DNA from: an uncultured candidatus Brocadiaceae bacterium
Lineage (GTDB): Bacteria; Planctomycetota; UBA1135; UBA2386
DNA: 64,000 nt
NCBI GenBank assembly: GCA_964418595.1
Contig: CAYQMF010000001.1
Coordinates: 92,258-156,257, forward strand
Direction of reading: 5' to 3'
Shown: positions 33,623 to 43,388 of the stretch, piece by piece
Position numbering within the stretch: the stretch's first letter is position 1
Layout of the letters: every line of letters begins with the position of its first letter
Notes under the pieces: generated by a model
Seen by the model: the letters and a program-made list of their open reading frames with translations, nothing else
Database searches by the model: none
What the model was told of the DNA's origin: nothing
Program-made: the position numbers and the translations under genes

Positions 33623-36600
33623 ATGCTCCGCTCGCGCTCCTTGCTCTTCGTCACCCTCGCCCTGATCCTCGTCGGCCTGGGCGGCTGGATCCTCAGCGGC
33701 GGCGGCAGCCGGGACACCGGCATCGCGACCGGCCCCGACGCCGCGGCCGAGAACCCCGCCGCGACCTCTCTGCACAGCGAAGGCGGCCCGGACGCCGCCG
33801 CGGCACTCAATGTCTCGGACGCCCAGCGCAGCGAAGTGGCGGCGGGGGCGGCGGGCACGGCGGGTGTCGGCATCACCGGACAAGTGGTCGACGCGAGCGG
33901 CAAGCCGGTCGCGGCCGCGAAGGTCGTGTGCCAGGCTCGCCCGGACTTCGACTTCGACCCGGACACGTTCGATCCCGACGACCTCGACCTCGACAGCATC
34001 CGCGACCGCTTCCGCGGCGTGCGCAGCGAGTCGACGGAGACGCTCACCGATGCGCAAGGCAGGTTCCGGGTCGGCGCACCGGGCAGCAGCGCCAACATTC
34101 AGCTCCGCGTGGAGGCGCGCGCCTTCCTGGTGCTGAACCGCAGCGTGCCGCGCCCCACCGACCGCGACGTCGACCTCGGCGCCCTCACCGTGCAGACCGG
34201 CGCCATCGTGTCGGGGCGCGTGCTCGATCGCGGCGGCCGTCCGGTGGCCGAGGCGCGCGTGTCGCGGCGCGGCGAGCGCGCGCGCGGAGGCGACTTCGAG
34301 GGCATCGAGTTCCTCGCCGGCGACATCGCCGACCGCTTCGGCGGCGGCGACGGCGTCACCACCGACGCCGAAGGACGCTTCGAGCTGCTGCACGCGGCGC
34401 CCGGCAACTTCTCGCTCGTCGCGCGCCACGAGGAATTCCCCACGGCGCGGCGCGACGGCCTGTCGGTGTTGCCCGGCGGCACGTTGGCCGACGTGATCGT
34501 CACCGTCGAGCCGGGCACGACGATCGCCGGCAAGCTGCTCGACATCCCCAAGGGCACCGACCGCCTCCGCGTGCTGGCGAGCGTGCCGCGCGGCAACGGC
34601 GACGGCAACGCCAACAACGTGCTCGCCTTCCTCGGCGACACCGGCGAGATGCTCGGCAACTTCGGCGGCTCGGAGCGGTCGGCCGACGTCGGCAAGGACG
34701 GCAGCTTCCGGTTGCGCGGTCTCGCCACCGGCCAGACCTACAAGGTGTGGGCGGTGCAACGCGGGCGCGGCTTCACCGGCAACGCAACCTGCAGCCAGCG
34801 CCACGACGTGGTGTCCGGCGCGCAGGACGTCGAGTTGCGCTACGAGGCCGGGGTGACGGTGACCTTCACCGCGCTGGATGCCGCGACCGGCGCGCCGATC
34901 GAGAAGCTGTGGGTCTCCGATCGCCTCGTCGGCGCCAGCCGCGAGGGCTTCGACTTCATGAGCTTCGCGCCGAGCTTCGCCCGCGCGCGCACCTATCCCG
35001 AGGGCAAGGTGACCATCGCCAACCTGCGGCCGAAGGAGAAGCAGACGCTGACGCTGGCGGTCGAGGCGCTGGGCTTCGCCAAGCAGGAGCGCAAGGGGAT
35101 CGAGATGCCGCTGGTCGGGCAGCTCGACCTCGGCGCGATCCGCTTCGAGCCGACGCCGATCGTCACCGTGCAGGTGACCAGCAACGTCGACGGCACGCCG
35201 GTGGCCGGCGCCACCGTGCAGCTCCGCGAGCGGCGGCAGGGCAACGGCAACAACCCGCTCGACTTCGCGATGCAGATCCAGATGCCGGGCATGACCACGC
35301 CGCAGTCGGGCAAGACCGACGCCGAGGGCAAGGTGATGCTCAACGGCAAGAAGGGCGGGACGGTCGCGGTGGCGGTGACGGGCAAGGAGTGGGCGCCGTA
35401 CGAGAGCGCCGATCTCACCGTGAGCGAGCGCGGCGCCACGCACGACGTGCGCATGCTGCGCGGCGGCACGGTGGAGGTGACCGTGCTCGACGCCGACGGC
35501 AAGCCGGCGCCGGAGACCAACGTCGATCACAAGGGCCCGGGCGACGTGAGCGACAGCCGCCGCACCGATCAGGACGGGATCGCGCGCTTCGAGCACCTCA
35601 CGCCGGGCGAGCATCGCTTCAAGCTGGGCGGTCGCGGCAACGCGATCGAGATGGCCCAGGGGATGTCGTTCCAGATGCGGATGGACGGCGCGCGCGCTTC
35701 GGCGACCGACGACTGGCAGAAGGTCGCCGTCGCCGACGAGACGAAGTCGACGGTGCAGCTCGCGAAGTCGGCGGTGGCGAGCCTGAGTGGCTTCGTGCGC
35801 GAGAACGGCCTGCCGCTGGCGGGCGCGCAGGTGAGCTTCGTCAAGGGCACGGGCGGAGGCGAGGAGGGCGCGGAGGCGCAGATCGGCCAGGCGATCGAGG
35901 CGACGTTGGGCGACCTCGGCGGCGGTGGGCGCAACCGCGGCACGACGCGCAACCGCACCGACGAGAGCGGCAGCTACGCGCTGTCGAACCTCCCCGTCGG
36001 CGAGCATCGCTTGCGCATCACACACAAGGAGCGCGCGATGCCCACGACCGTGCGCATCTCGCTGCGCGCGGGCAGCAACGCCTTCGACGTGGGCCTCGCC
36101 ACCACGATCCTGCGCGGCACCGTGCGCGACCACGCCGGCAAGCCCGTGGCGGGCGCGAGCGTCAGCGTCGCCGCCGGCAACGCGGCGGCGGACGCGGTCG
36201 GCGTGGCGATGGACGTCTTCGGCAGCATGCCGGAGATGGCCCAGTTCGGTGGTCGGCGCGGCGGCGGGGTCACGACCGACGACCAGGGCCGATACGAGCT
36301 GCGCGGCGTGCAGGACGGCGTGCCGATCACGGTGCGGGCGCAGGCCAAGGGATGTGCGCCGGCCACGTCGAAGCCGGTGACCCCGGCCGCGGGCACGACC
36401 ACCGACGACGTCGACGTACAACTCCTCGCCGCCGGCAGCGTGCGCGTGCGCTACACGACGCAGGCGCCGTTCGCCTCGGTGATGGCGACGTGCACGTCGG
36501 CGGAAGGCGTGCCCCCCGTCACCCGCATGCTGCGCCGCGGCGAGGTGACGCTCGACGGCCTGCAGCCCGGGACCTGGAAGCTGACGTTGATGCTGCCGGG

Positions 36601-36667
36601 CGGTACGGCGCCGGACCCCCGGACGGTCGAGGTCGTGCCCGGGCAGGTCGTCGACGTGGCGTACTGA
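33623..36667 (+). CDS. Membrane-anchored protein with ~8-9 tandem CarboxypepD_reg-like (Ig-like) domains
   Basis: ATG at 33623 (MLRSRSLLFVTLALILVGLGGWIL). Repeated starts include ITGQVVDASGKPVAAAKV, VSGRVLDRGGRPVAEARV, LSGFVRENGLPLAGAQV and LRGTVRDHAGKPVAGASV. Repeated TDxxGxFxL turns include DAQGRFRVG and DAEGRFELL. The track ORF 32831..36667 is over-extended. Confidence 0.8.
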   Translation: MLRSRSLLFVTLALILVGLGGWILSGGGSRDTGIATGPDAAAENPAATSLHSEGGPDAAAALNVSDAQRSEVAAGAAGTAGVGITGQVVDASGKPVAAAKVVCQARPDFDFDPDTFDPDDLDLDSIRDRFRGVRSESTETLTDAQGRFRVGAPGSSANIQLRVEARAFLVLNRSVPRPTDRDVDLGALTVQTGAIVSGRVLDRGGRPVAEARVSRRGERARGGDFEGIEFLAGDIADRFGGGDGVTTDAEGRFELLHAAPGNFSLVARHEEFPTARRDGLSVLPGGTLADVIVTVEPGTTIAGKLLDIPKGTDRLRVLASVPRGNGDGNANNVLAFLGDTGEMLGNFGGSERSADVGKDGSFRLRGLATGQTYKVWAVQRGRGFTGNATCSQRHDVVSGAQDVELRYEAGVTVTFTALDAATGAPIEKLWVSDRLVGASREGFDFMSFAPSFARARTYPEGKVTIANLRPKEKQTLTLAVEALGFAKQERKGIEMPLVGQLDLGAIRFEPTPIVTVQVTSNVDGTPVAGATVQLRERRQGNGNNPLDFAMQIQMPGMTTPQSGKTDAEGKVMLNGKKGGTVAVAVTGKEWAPYESADLTVSERGATHDVRMLRGGTVEVTVLDADGKPAPETNVDHKGPGDVSDSRRTDQDGIARFEHLTPGEHRFKLGGRGNAIEMAQGMSFQMRMDGARASATDDWQKVAVADETKSTVQLAKSAVASLSGFVRENGLPLAGAQVSFVKGTGGGEEGAEAQIGQAIEATLGDLGGGGRNRGTTRNRTDESGSYALSNLPVGEHRLRITHKERAMPTTVRISLRAGSNAFDVGLATTILRGTVRDHAGKPVAGASVSVAAGNAAADAVGVAMDVFGSMPEMAQFGGRRGGGVTTDDQGRYELRGVQDGVPITVRAQAKGCAPATSKPVTPAAGTTTDDVDVQLLAAGSVRVRYTTQAPFASVMATCTSAEGVPPVTRMLRRGEVTLDGLQPGTWKLTLMLPGGTAPDPRTVEVVPGQVVDVAY

Positions 36668-36694
36668 CCAAGAGCTTGACCAGCGCGTGAGCCG

Positions 36695-38632
36695 TCATCG
36701 GCCGCTCTCGCGGATCGCCACCAGTGCCCGCTGCGCGGCACGGGCGTTGGCACGGTTGAGCGTCTGGGCGGCGATGGGCGCCAACGCGCGCTCGACGTCG
36801 CGCGCCGCCGGGCCGAGGCGAGCGATCGCATCAGCGGCAGCGCGGACGAGGTCGTCGTCCTGGTGCTCGAGCGCGCCCGCGGCGAGGCGCGCGGCGTCGG
36901 CGGCGAAGGCCCGCGCGTCACCGAGCCGACGCAGCAGCGCCACGCGCGTGCCGACGTGCCACTCGTGGCGCAGCAGCCACGCATACGCCGCGATCGAGAT
37001 CGGCCGGTTGCCGGCGTGTTCCACCAGCGTCCGTGCCGCGTCGCCGCACGGATCAGCGGCGTCGCGCGCGAGCAGGTCCGCCGCACCGCCCTCGAACATC
37101 ACGACCTCGCGCGCGATCACTTCGACCAGGAGCTCCGCGAGCGCCTGATCCAGGCGGGCCGCGCCGCGCAACAGCCGGGCGGCGAGGGCGGCCTCCGCGA
37201 CCGACCCCGTCTGCAGCGCCCGCCGCAGGCGCTCCTCCGACGCATCCGCGCGCAGTCGGACGAGCGCATCCAGGCGCGCCACCAGGCCCACGGCGGAGGC
37301 ACGCGCGAGGCACGCGCGCACCGGCGCGTCGGTGCCGGTGTCGACCGCGAGGTCGACGAACATCGTGAGCCAGGTGTGCGTCGCCTCCGCGGACCGGCGC
37401 TCCGGCGAGGCGAGCAGGCCCGAGATCCGATCGGCGAGCGCTGCGCCCGCGGCCGGGCCGCAGCTCCGCACGATCTCCCGGCACACGCTACCGGCGTGGC
37501 GCGCGTTCGGGGTCGCGATGTGCGCGAGCAGGTGCTCGGCCGCGGGCGCCCCGAGCGCGCCGAGCTCCAGGGCGGCGGCCTTCCACCGATGCGCGTGGAC
37601 GAGATCGGCGATGAGGTCCTCGACCTGCCCGGCGACGTCGGGCACCCGGCTGATCCGACGCCGGGCAATGCGGGCCAGGCGCTGCGTCTCCTTGTCCGCG
37701 GCGTGCTCGATGCGATCCTCGATCGCCGGCAGCGTCGATGCCGCCACTGCACCGAGTCGGGTGATCGCTTCGAGCGCGGCCCGACACACGGCGTCGTCGA
37801 AATGCAGGAGCGCGTCGACGAGGGCGGGGACCGCGTCGCGCGCGCGCGACCCCAACGCACCGATGGCGGTGATGACGGCGATCTTCTGGGGCGGCGCGCG
37901 ATCGATGCGGAGCGCCTGCGCGTACGCTGCCCCGATGTCTTGATCCTCCGGCTGGATCGCGATCAGTGTTTCCGCCAGCAGGTCGAGCAGGCGAAGCCGC
38001 ATGGGCTCCGCGTCGACCTCGAGGTTCACGCGCAGGTGGGCGCGTTCTCCCCAAAGCTCGCGGACGCGCGACGCGTGCTCGGCGCCGGCCGCGCCGCGGC
38101 GGGCGAGGATCTCGAGCGCGGCCTCGAGCGCGAAGACATCGTCGCCGGACAAGGCATGCACGAGCGCCGCGCACCCCGGGTCCGGTCCCAGCGCGAGCCG
38201 GACGCGCAGGCGATCGGACACGGGCAGACGCGCGACAGCAGCGGCGGTCGCGGGCACGGTGAGCGCCAGGGCTTCCACCAACTCCCGGGCGCGCCACTGC
38301 ATCGCGCCGTCGATCCGATCGTTCGCCGCGACCTCGAGCGCCAGCTCGAGGGCGGGCTTCGCCTCTGCGCCCATGGCCTGCAGGACCGGCTGCCAGCAGC
38401 GGCTCGGCAGATAGCCCGAGTGCCGCGGCGGTGAAATGCACTGCTCCGCGATCGCGCGCGCCGCAAGCCGCCCCAGCGCCGCCAACTCGATCCGGGCGGC
38501 CGATGCGAGGAGCGGGTCTTCGAGGTCGAAGAGGAGGGCCTCGACGCGGGAGCCGAGATCGTCGTGCTGCGCGGCGATGGGCGCGAGCGCGCACGCAAGC
38601 ATGCCAACCAGGGGCAGGAGAGCCGGGGACAT
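36695..38632 (-). CDS. Exported HEAT/armadillo-like repeat protein
   Basis: ATG at 38632 (MSPALLPLVGMLACALAPIAAQ). It has a long array of A/L/R-rich helical hairpins (AVPALVDALLHFDDAVCRAALEAITRLG, and others). The track ORF extends to 38761. Confidence 0.7.
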   Translation of the reverse strand: MSPALLPLVGMLACALAPIAAQHDDLGSRVEALLFDLEDPLLASAARIELAALGRLAARAIAEQCISPPRHSGYLPSRCWQPVLQAMGAEAKPALELALEVAANDRIDGAMQWRARELVEALALTVPATAAAVARLPVSDRLRVRLALGPDPGCAALVHALSGDDVFALEAALEILARRGAAGAEHASRVRELWGERAHLRVNLEVDAEPMRLRLLDLLAETLIAIQPEDQDIGAAYAQALRIDRAPPQKIAVITAIGALGSRARDAVPALVDALLHFDDAVCRAALEAITRLGAVAASTLPAIEDRIEHAADKETQRLARIARRRISRVPDVAGQVEDLIADLVHAHRWKAAALELGALGAPAAEHLLAHIATPNARHAGSVCREIVRSCGPAAGAALADRISGLLASPERRSAEATHTWLTMFVDLAVDTGTDAPVRACLARASAVGLVARLDALVRLRADASEERLRRALQTGSVAEAALAARLLRGAARLDQALAELLVEVIAREVVMFEGGAADLLARDAADPCGDAARTLVEHAGNRPISIAAYAWLLRHEWHVGTRVALLRRLGDARAFAADAARLAAGALEHQDDDLVRAAADAIARLGPAARDVERALAPIAAQTLNRANARAAQRALVAIRESGR

Positions 38633-38709
38633 CGAAGCTCCGGGTCGGGAAACGGGGCGCGCCGAGGGTAGCGCGCTCGACGAGCAGGCGGACCTACAAT
38701 CCCGTCCCC

Positions 38710-40059
38710 ATGCGCTGGCTCGCTCTGCTCTGTCTCGTCCCTTGCGTGCCGCTCGCCGCACAGCTTCGCGCCGAGAAGGTCATCGCCCCAGAGACTCCCC
38801 CCAACATCGTCGTGATCCTCGCCGACGACGCCGGGTGGGCGGACTTCGGCTTCCAGCCGGCGTGCATGGCGGACTGCAAGCGCCTCACGCCCCGCATCGA
38901 CTCGATCGCGGCGGCGGGGGCGCGCTTCGACGCAGCGTACGTCACCGGCGTCGTGTGCTCGCCGTCGCGCGCCGGCTTCCTCACCGGCCGCTACCAGCAG
39001 CGCTTCGGGCACGAGACCAACCTGCCGCCCGGCTACATGCAAGGAGGCCTCGACCTCGGTGAGCGCCTGATCCCGGATCGACTCGCGGAGCTGGGCTACC
39101 CCACCGGGATGGTCGGCAAGTGGCACCTCGGCTACCCGCCGGAGTACCACCCCAACCGCCGCGGCTTTGCGTGGTTCCACGGCCTGCTGCAAGGCTCACG
39201 GCCGTACGGCGCCATCGCGCAGCCGAATGGCAACCGCGTGCTGCAGGAGAACGGCGTCGCGCAGCCGGAGGTCGGCTACGTCACCGATCGCTTCGGCGCC
39301 GCGGCCGCGCGCTACATCGGCGAGAACGCGGACGCGCCGTTCTTCCTGTACGTGGCGTTCACCGCGACACACGGGCCGCTGCAGCCGCTCGACGGGGACG
39401 TCGAGGCGCTGCCCGCGACGATCCCGCAACGGCGCCGCAACAACCTCGGCCTGCTGGTCGGGCTCGATCGCGCGGTCGGCGTGATCCTCGACGCGCTGGA
39501 CCAGCACGGCCTCGCCGACCGCACGCTGCTCGTGTTCACCAACGACAACGGCGGCCAGACGCTGACCGGCGCCAAGAACGGGCCGCTGCGCGGCCACAAG
39601 GGTCAGGTGTGGGAAGGCGGCATCCGCGTGCCGATGGCGGTGCGCTGGCCCGGACGAGTGAAGCCCGGCCTCGTGATCGACGACGCGGTGATGCTCTTCG
39701 ACCTGCTGCCGACGTTCGTCGTCGCCGGCGGCGGCCAGGTGTCCGAAGAGTGGAAGCTCGACGGCGTCGATCTCGGGCCGCGCCTGCGCAGTGAGCAGAC
39801 GGCGCTCGCGCCGCGGCCGTTGTTCTGGCGCACGCAAGGATCGAAGGGACCCGTCGCGATGCGCGAGGGAACGTGGAAGCTCGCGTGGGAGCGCGGCACC
39901 GAAGGCGCACAGCCGCAGCTCTTCGATCTGGGCAAGGACATCGGCGAGAAGACCGACGTCGCCGCGGACCACACCGAGCAGATGGAGAAGATGCTCGCTG
40001 CGCTGAAGACGTGGGAGGCGCAGCTCATCGAGCCTCGCTGGGGCGGCAAGGACGACTGA
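38710..40059 (+). CDS. Secreted arylsulfatase-family enzyme (formylglycine type)
   Basis: ATG at 38710 (MRWLALLCLVPCVPLAAQ). Motifs: NIVVILADDAGWADFG and the CxPxR motif CSPSRAGFLTGRY. The track ORF starts at 38431. Confidence 0.85.
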   Translation: MRWLALLCLVPCVPLAAQLRAEKVIAPETPPNIVVILADDAGWADFGFQPACMADCKRLTPRIDSIAAAGARFDAAYVTGVVCSPSRAGFLTGRYQQRFGHETNLPPGYMQGGLDLGERLIPDRLAELGYPTGMVGKWHLGYPPEYHPNRRGFAWFHGLLQGSRPYGAIAQPNGNRVLQENGVAQPEVGYVTDRFGAAAARYIGENADAPFFLYVAFTATHGPLQPLDGDVEALPATIPQRRRNNLGLLVGLDRAVGVILDALDQHGLADRTLLVFTNDNGGQTLTGAKNGPLRGHKGQVWEGGIRVPMAVRWPGRVKPGLVIDDAVMLFDLLPTFVVAGGGQVSEEWKLDGVDLGPRLRSEQTALAPRPLFWRTQGSKGPVAMREGTWKLAWERGTEGAQPQLFDLGKDIGEKTDVAADHTEQMEKMLAALKTWEAQLIEPRWGGKDD

Positions 40060-40074
40060 GGCCCGGCCCGCGCG

Positions 40075-40602
40075 TCACGCGCCCTGCAGCACGCGCAGGT
40101 ACTCGCGCCAGGGCCCGACCTGATCGCCCACGCGCTTGGCCATCACCCGCGCGATCTGGGTCACGTGCGTGAGGTCGTGTGCCACCCAGGTGGCGAGGAG
40201 CGCACGCATGGTGACGACGCCGAGCGCGGGGTGGAGGCCGCGGCGGTCGAGGTCGGCGGCGCCGAGGTCGAGGGCGCGCAGCGAGGCGAGGCTGGCGGCG
40301 CGCTTCTGCGCGAACTCGTCGAGCAGGCTCGGCAGGCTGCGGCCGGCGAAACGCTCCGCCTGGGCGAAGCGATCGAACGGCGGGAACGCCTTGCTCTCCC
40401 CGTGCGCGAGGATCCAGCGCGCGCGCGGGATCCAGTCGGTGTCCTCGCCGTGGATGAGGTGGCCGACCACGTCGATCGCCGACCAGGTGTCTTGCCCCTC
40501 GTTGCAGCGGGTCCAACCGTCTTCGAGATCGCGCAGCCACGCGTCGAGCAGCGCGGGGGTCCGGCGCAGCGACTGGCTGAAGGTGTCGACTTCGGGGTTC
40601 AT
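40075..40602 (-). CDS. DinB-family (DinB_2/YfiT-like) metal-dependent protein
   Basis: It is a four-helix-bundle-type sequence with conserved His positions (VVGHLIHGED..., WVAHDLTHVTQI). The protein is 175 aa. Confidence 0.7.
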   Translation of the reverse strand: MNPEVDTFSQSLRRTPALLDAWLRDLEDGWTRCNEGQDTWSAIDVVGHLIHGEDTDWIPRARWILAHGESKAFPPFDRFAQAERFAGRSLPSLLDEFAQKRAASLASLRALDLGAADLDRRGLHPALGVVTMRALLATWVAHDLTHVTQIARVMAKRVGDQVGPWREYLRVLQGA

Positions 40603-40655
40603 GCCCTCACGATTACCCGGCAGCCGCGCCCCGTCGACGTGTTAGGAAGATCACC

Positions 40656-41429
40656 GTGCGGGTCGTCTCCCTCAACTGCTTGAACACCGAGATCGTGCAC
40701 GCGCTCGGCTGCGCCGATCGCCTGGTCGCGGTCGACGCCGACTCCGACTGGCCGCAGGATGTCGTCGCGCCGTTGCCGCGGGTCGGCCGCGACCTCGACA
40801 TCGACATCGCGCAGGTCAAAGCCCTGCGGCCGGACCTCGTGCTGGCGTCGAACACCGTGCCCGGGCACGAGCGCGTGATCGAGGGGCTGCGCGCCGCCGG
40901 CGTGCCCTTCTTCGCGCCCGAGACGCAGAGCCTCGCCGACACCTATGCCGACATCCGTGCGATCGCCGCCGCGCTCGGCGTGGTGGCGCGCGGCGAAACG
41001 CTCGTCGCCACGATGCGCGGGGTGCTCGAAGCACCGGCCGAACCCGCGCGGCGCCGGCCGAAGATCCTCGTGCAGTGGTGGCCCAAGCCGGTCATCGCGC
41101 CGGGTCGTCGCAGTTGGGTGCACGACATGCTCGTGGCCGCCGGCGCCGACAACCCGCTGGGCCATCGCGACATCAAGAGCGAGCCACTCGCCGATCCCGC
41201 CGTCGCCGACCTCGCGCCCGACTTCGTCGTGCTGTCGTGGTGCGGCGTGCGCCCGGAGAAGTACCGCCCCGACGTCGTCACCGGCAACCCCGCGTTCCGC
41301 GACCTGCCCGCTGTGCGGAACGACCGCGTGGTCTGCATCCCGGAGGCCTTCCTCGGTCGACCAGGTCCGCGCCTCGTCGAGGGCAGTCGCGCGCTGCGGG
41401 CACTCGTGCGCGCATTCGCGCCTGGATAG
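40656..41429 (+). CDS. BtuF/TroA-like periplasmic-binding-fold protein (cobalamin/siderophore-binding family)
   Basis: The GTG at 40656 is preceded by AGGAAG. Motifs: RVVSLNCLNTEIVHALGCADRLVAV and LRPDLVLAS. No cognate permease or ATPase gene is adjacent. Confidence 0.65.
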   Translation: MRVVSLNCLNTEIVHALGCADRLVAVDADSDWPQDVVAPLPRVGRDLDIDIAQVKALRPDLVLASNTVPGHERVIEGLRAAGVPFFAPETQSLADTYADIRAIAAALGVVARGETLVATMRGVLEAPAEPARRRPKILVQWWPKPVIAPGRRSWVHDMLVAAGADNPLGHRDIKSEPLADPAVADLAPDFVVLSWCGVRPEKYRPDVVTGNPAFRDLPAVRNDRVVCIPEAFLGRPGPRLVEGSRALRALVRAFAPG

Positions 41430-41441
41430 AGTGCCGCGCCG

Positions 41442-41972
41442 ATGGTGCGCTTCCGTGTGAGTCTCGCCGTCAGCCTCGACGGCTGTATCGCCGACACCCA
41501 GGGTGGCGTGAAGTGGCTCGAGCCGTTCTTCACCAAGGAGATCGACTTCCCCGGCTTCCTCGCGACCATCGGCGCGGTGGTGATGGGGCGGACCACCTAC
41601 GAGCAGACGCTCACCTTCGGCCAGGGCGGCGGGGCGGCAACCCCGTGCTTCGTGCTCACGCACCGGCCGCTCCCCGCAGACACACCCAAGCACGTCGAGG
41701 CGGTGAGCGGCGACCTCGGCAAGCTCGCCGCGCGCCTGCGCAAGACGATCAAGAAGGACGTGTGGCTGATGGGCGGCGGCGTGTCGCTCGAGAGCTGCCG
41801 GCAGGCCGGCATCATCGACCGCTGGGAGCTGTCGTTCATCCCGGTGCTGCTGGGCGCTGGCATCCCGTTGTTCCCCCCACGCGCCGCCGGCCTCGATGCA
41901 CTGCGCCTCGTGCACACGCGCGCGCTCGGCAACGGCATCCTCGAGGCGCACTACGAGCCGAAGCGACGTTGA
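41442..41972 (+). CDS. Dihydrofolate reductase-like protein (RibD C-terminal domain family)
   Basis: Motifs: SLDGCIADTQGGVKWL, VVMGRTTYE, VWLMGGGVSL and ELSFIPVLLGAGIPLF. Confidence 0.75.
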   Translation: MVRFRVSLAVSLDGCIADTQGGVKWLEPFFTKEIDFPGFLATIGAVVMGRTTYEQTLTFGQGGGAATPCFVLTHRPLPADTPKHVEAVSGDLGKLAARLRKTIKKDVWLMGGGVSLESCRQAGIIDRWELSFIPVLLGAGIPLFPPRAAGLDALRLVHTRALGNGILEAHYEPKRR

Positions 41973-42012
41973 ACGAGACCGCCGCCGCCCCCTCAACGTC
42001 GGCGAGCGTGGC

Positions 42013-42174
42013 GCGGAGTTCCGCTGGCGTGACGGTGCGCATGGCAACCGCTCGCGGACGATGCTCCTGCCCGGAATGGGGTTCGCGCTCGGCTTCCCGA
42101 CGCACGTGCCGACGCGCGGATTGCCGCGGCTCCGGCACTACGGCTTGCTCGTCGACCGCAGCCAGGCGGGTTAG
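42013..42174 (+). pseudogene. Relic of an IS91-family (Y2/rolling-circle) transposase C-terminus
   Basis: AEFRWRDGAHGNRSRTMLLPGMGFALGFPTHVPTRGLPRLRHYGLLVDRS parallels the family pattern V.F.Y.D...M.L...EF.RRFL.HVLPKGF.RIRHYG.L.NR. Only about 55 codons remain, and everything upstream is missing. Confidence 0.5.
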
Positions 42175-42307
42175 GCTGGTCTGCGTACTGGGGACGGCGC
42201 CGCCCCTTGCGCCAGGCGGAGCGGCGGGTGATGTTGGTGAGGGTCCCCGATAGGCGGGCGAGCCCGCCGGGTTCGGGGGGAGTACACCGAACAACCGAAG
42301 AACAGAG

Positions 42308-42802
42308 TTGGGGCGACCGGGAGCGCACTTGAACACAGGCGTCAAGATTGAAGTCATCTGGCTGGATGACGAACTCGTTGAGGTTCGGGTCGAGGCGAAC
42401 AACGGGCGTTTCGCTGGCGCGGCGGACTGCTACTGCGGGCACGACACGATCTCGCGCCTGGCTGCTGCCGCCCGCGGCTTCCCCTCATCGTGGGAGGATC
42501 TACGCGAGATGGAGATCGGCACGTTCGATCCGGGTTTCGCGGGGGGCGGTGCCAAGCTCGTGTTTCGTTGCGTCGATCGAACCGGGCACGCCGTCGTGGA
42601 TGTTGCCATGCGGGCTGACCCTCGAGGAGCGGCTGGACTGGCTGAGACTGCATCCTTCTGCTTGCCAGTTGAGCCTGCTGCGGTCGACCAGTTCGTCGCC
42701 GCTCTTGGTAGGATGCGCTTGGTCGTCGGAGCAGTGGCAAGTCTGCGGTCGGCGACCCAACCCGGCGCAGCAGCCGACGCGCCCCAAGCGGCGCGCGGCT
42801 GA
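42308..42802 (+). CDS. Hypothetical protein (about 160 aa), lower GC3
   Basis: The candidate starts are TTG at 42308 or 42329; there is no ATG. It reads KIEVIWLDDELVEVRVEANNGRFAGAADCY...GAKLVFRCVDRTGHAVVDVAMRAD. Many codons end in A/T (att, gaa, gat, gtt, ttt, cta). Confidence 0.5.
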   Translation: MGRPGAHLNTGVKIEVIWLDDELVEVRVEANNGRFAGAADCYCGHDTISRLAAAARGFPSSWEDLREMEIGTFDPGFAGGGAKLVFRCVDRTGHAVVDVAMRADPRGAAGLAETASFCLPVEPAAVDQFVAALGRMRLVVGAVASLRSATQPGAAADAPQAARG

Positions 42803-42835
42803 GCGCCAGCGACGTTGGGTGGGGTGGCGCGCACC

Positions 42836-43207
42836 ATGAAGTACAAGCGGATCAAGTCCGCCATCCACAACTTCGGCCACTCGTTCGTGAGCCTCATGAA
42901 CTACGTCGACGGCGAGTACATCATCGACGTGCTTCCGCCGCTTCTCCGCGACCTCCCTGGCAACGCTCTCACGATTCGATTCCCCGCTGGCACGCTTGAG
43001 CCGGATCGCGAGTACCCCAGCACGTTGCGCAAGTCCGTCACCTACTGGGCGGCGTCGTATCCCGACCAACTGCGCAGCCAAGGCATCGATCCGGACGCGC
43101 TCGTAGAGTCGTGTCTCGTGCTCTCGCTCGGTCCCGGTCTTCGGTGCGAGGCGCGCGCCGTCGACGATCGCGGGAACGTTCACAGCGTCATCGTGCAGCC
43201 CGCCTGA
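42836..43207 (+). CDS. Hypothetical protein (123 aa), lower GC3
   Basis: ATG at 42836 (MKYKRIKSAIHNFGHSFVSLMNYVDGEYIIDVLPPLL...). I recognise no family. The track ORF starts at 42815. Confidence 0.55.
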   Translation: MKYKRIKSAIHNFGHSFVSLMNYVDGEYIIDVLPPLLRDLPGNALTIRFPAGTLEPDREYPSTLRKSVTYWAASYPDQLRSQGIDPDALVESCLVLSLGPGLRCEARAVDDRGNVHSVIVQPA

Positions 43208-43388
43208 CAAGCCGCTGCCGCCGACGAGTGGCGGGCGCGCGAGGGGCCGATGCGGTTGCGTGCGCCGCTCGCGGCTGAGCGGCAGGTCGTTCGGGCAGCA
43301 ACCCGCGTCGATCCGCCGCTTCGTCCGCGTCAGACCCTGTTCGTCAGCCAGCGAGCCAGCTCGGCGCAGGCTGCCGCCGCAACCGCGA

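Noticed and set aside
42175-42307. A possible tRNA or tmRNA fragment or att site (gggttcgggggg resembles a T-loop) at the edge of the 42-kb islet.
   Set aside because: I could not build a cloverleaf or a T-arm with a 5-bp stem and 7-nt loop. I found no tRNA-like sequence anywhere in the window's intergenic regions.
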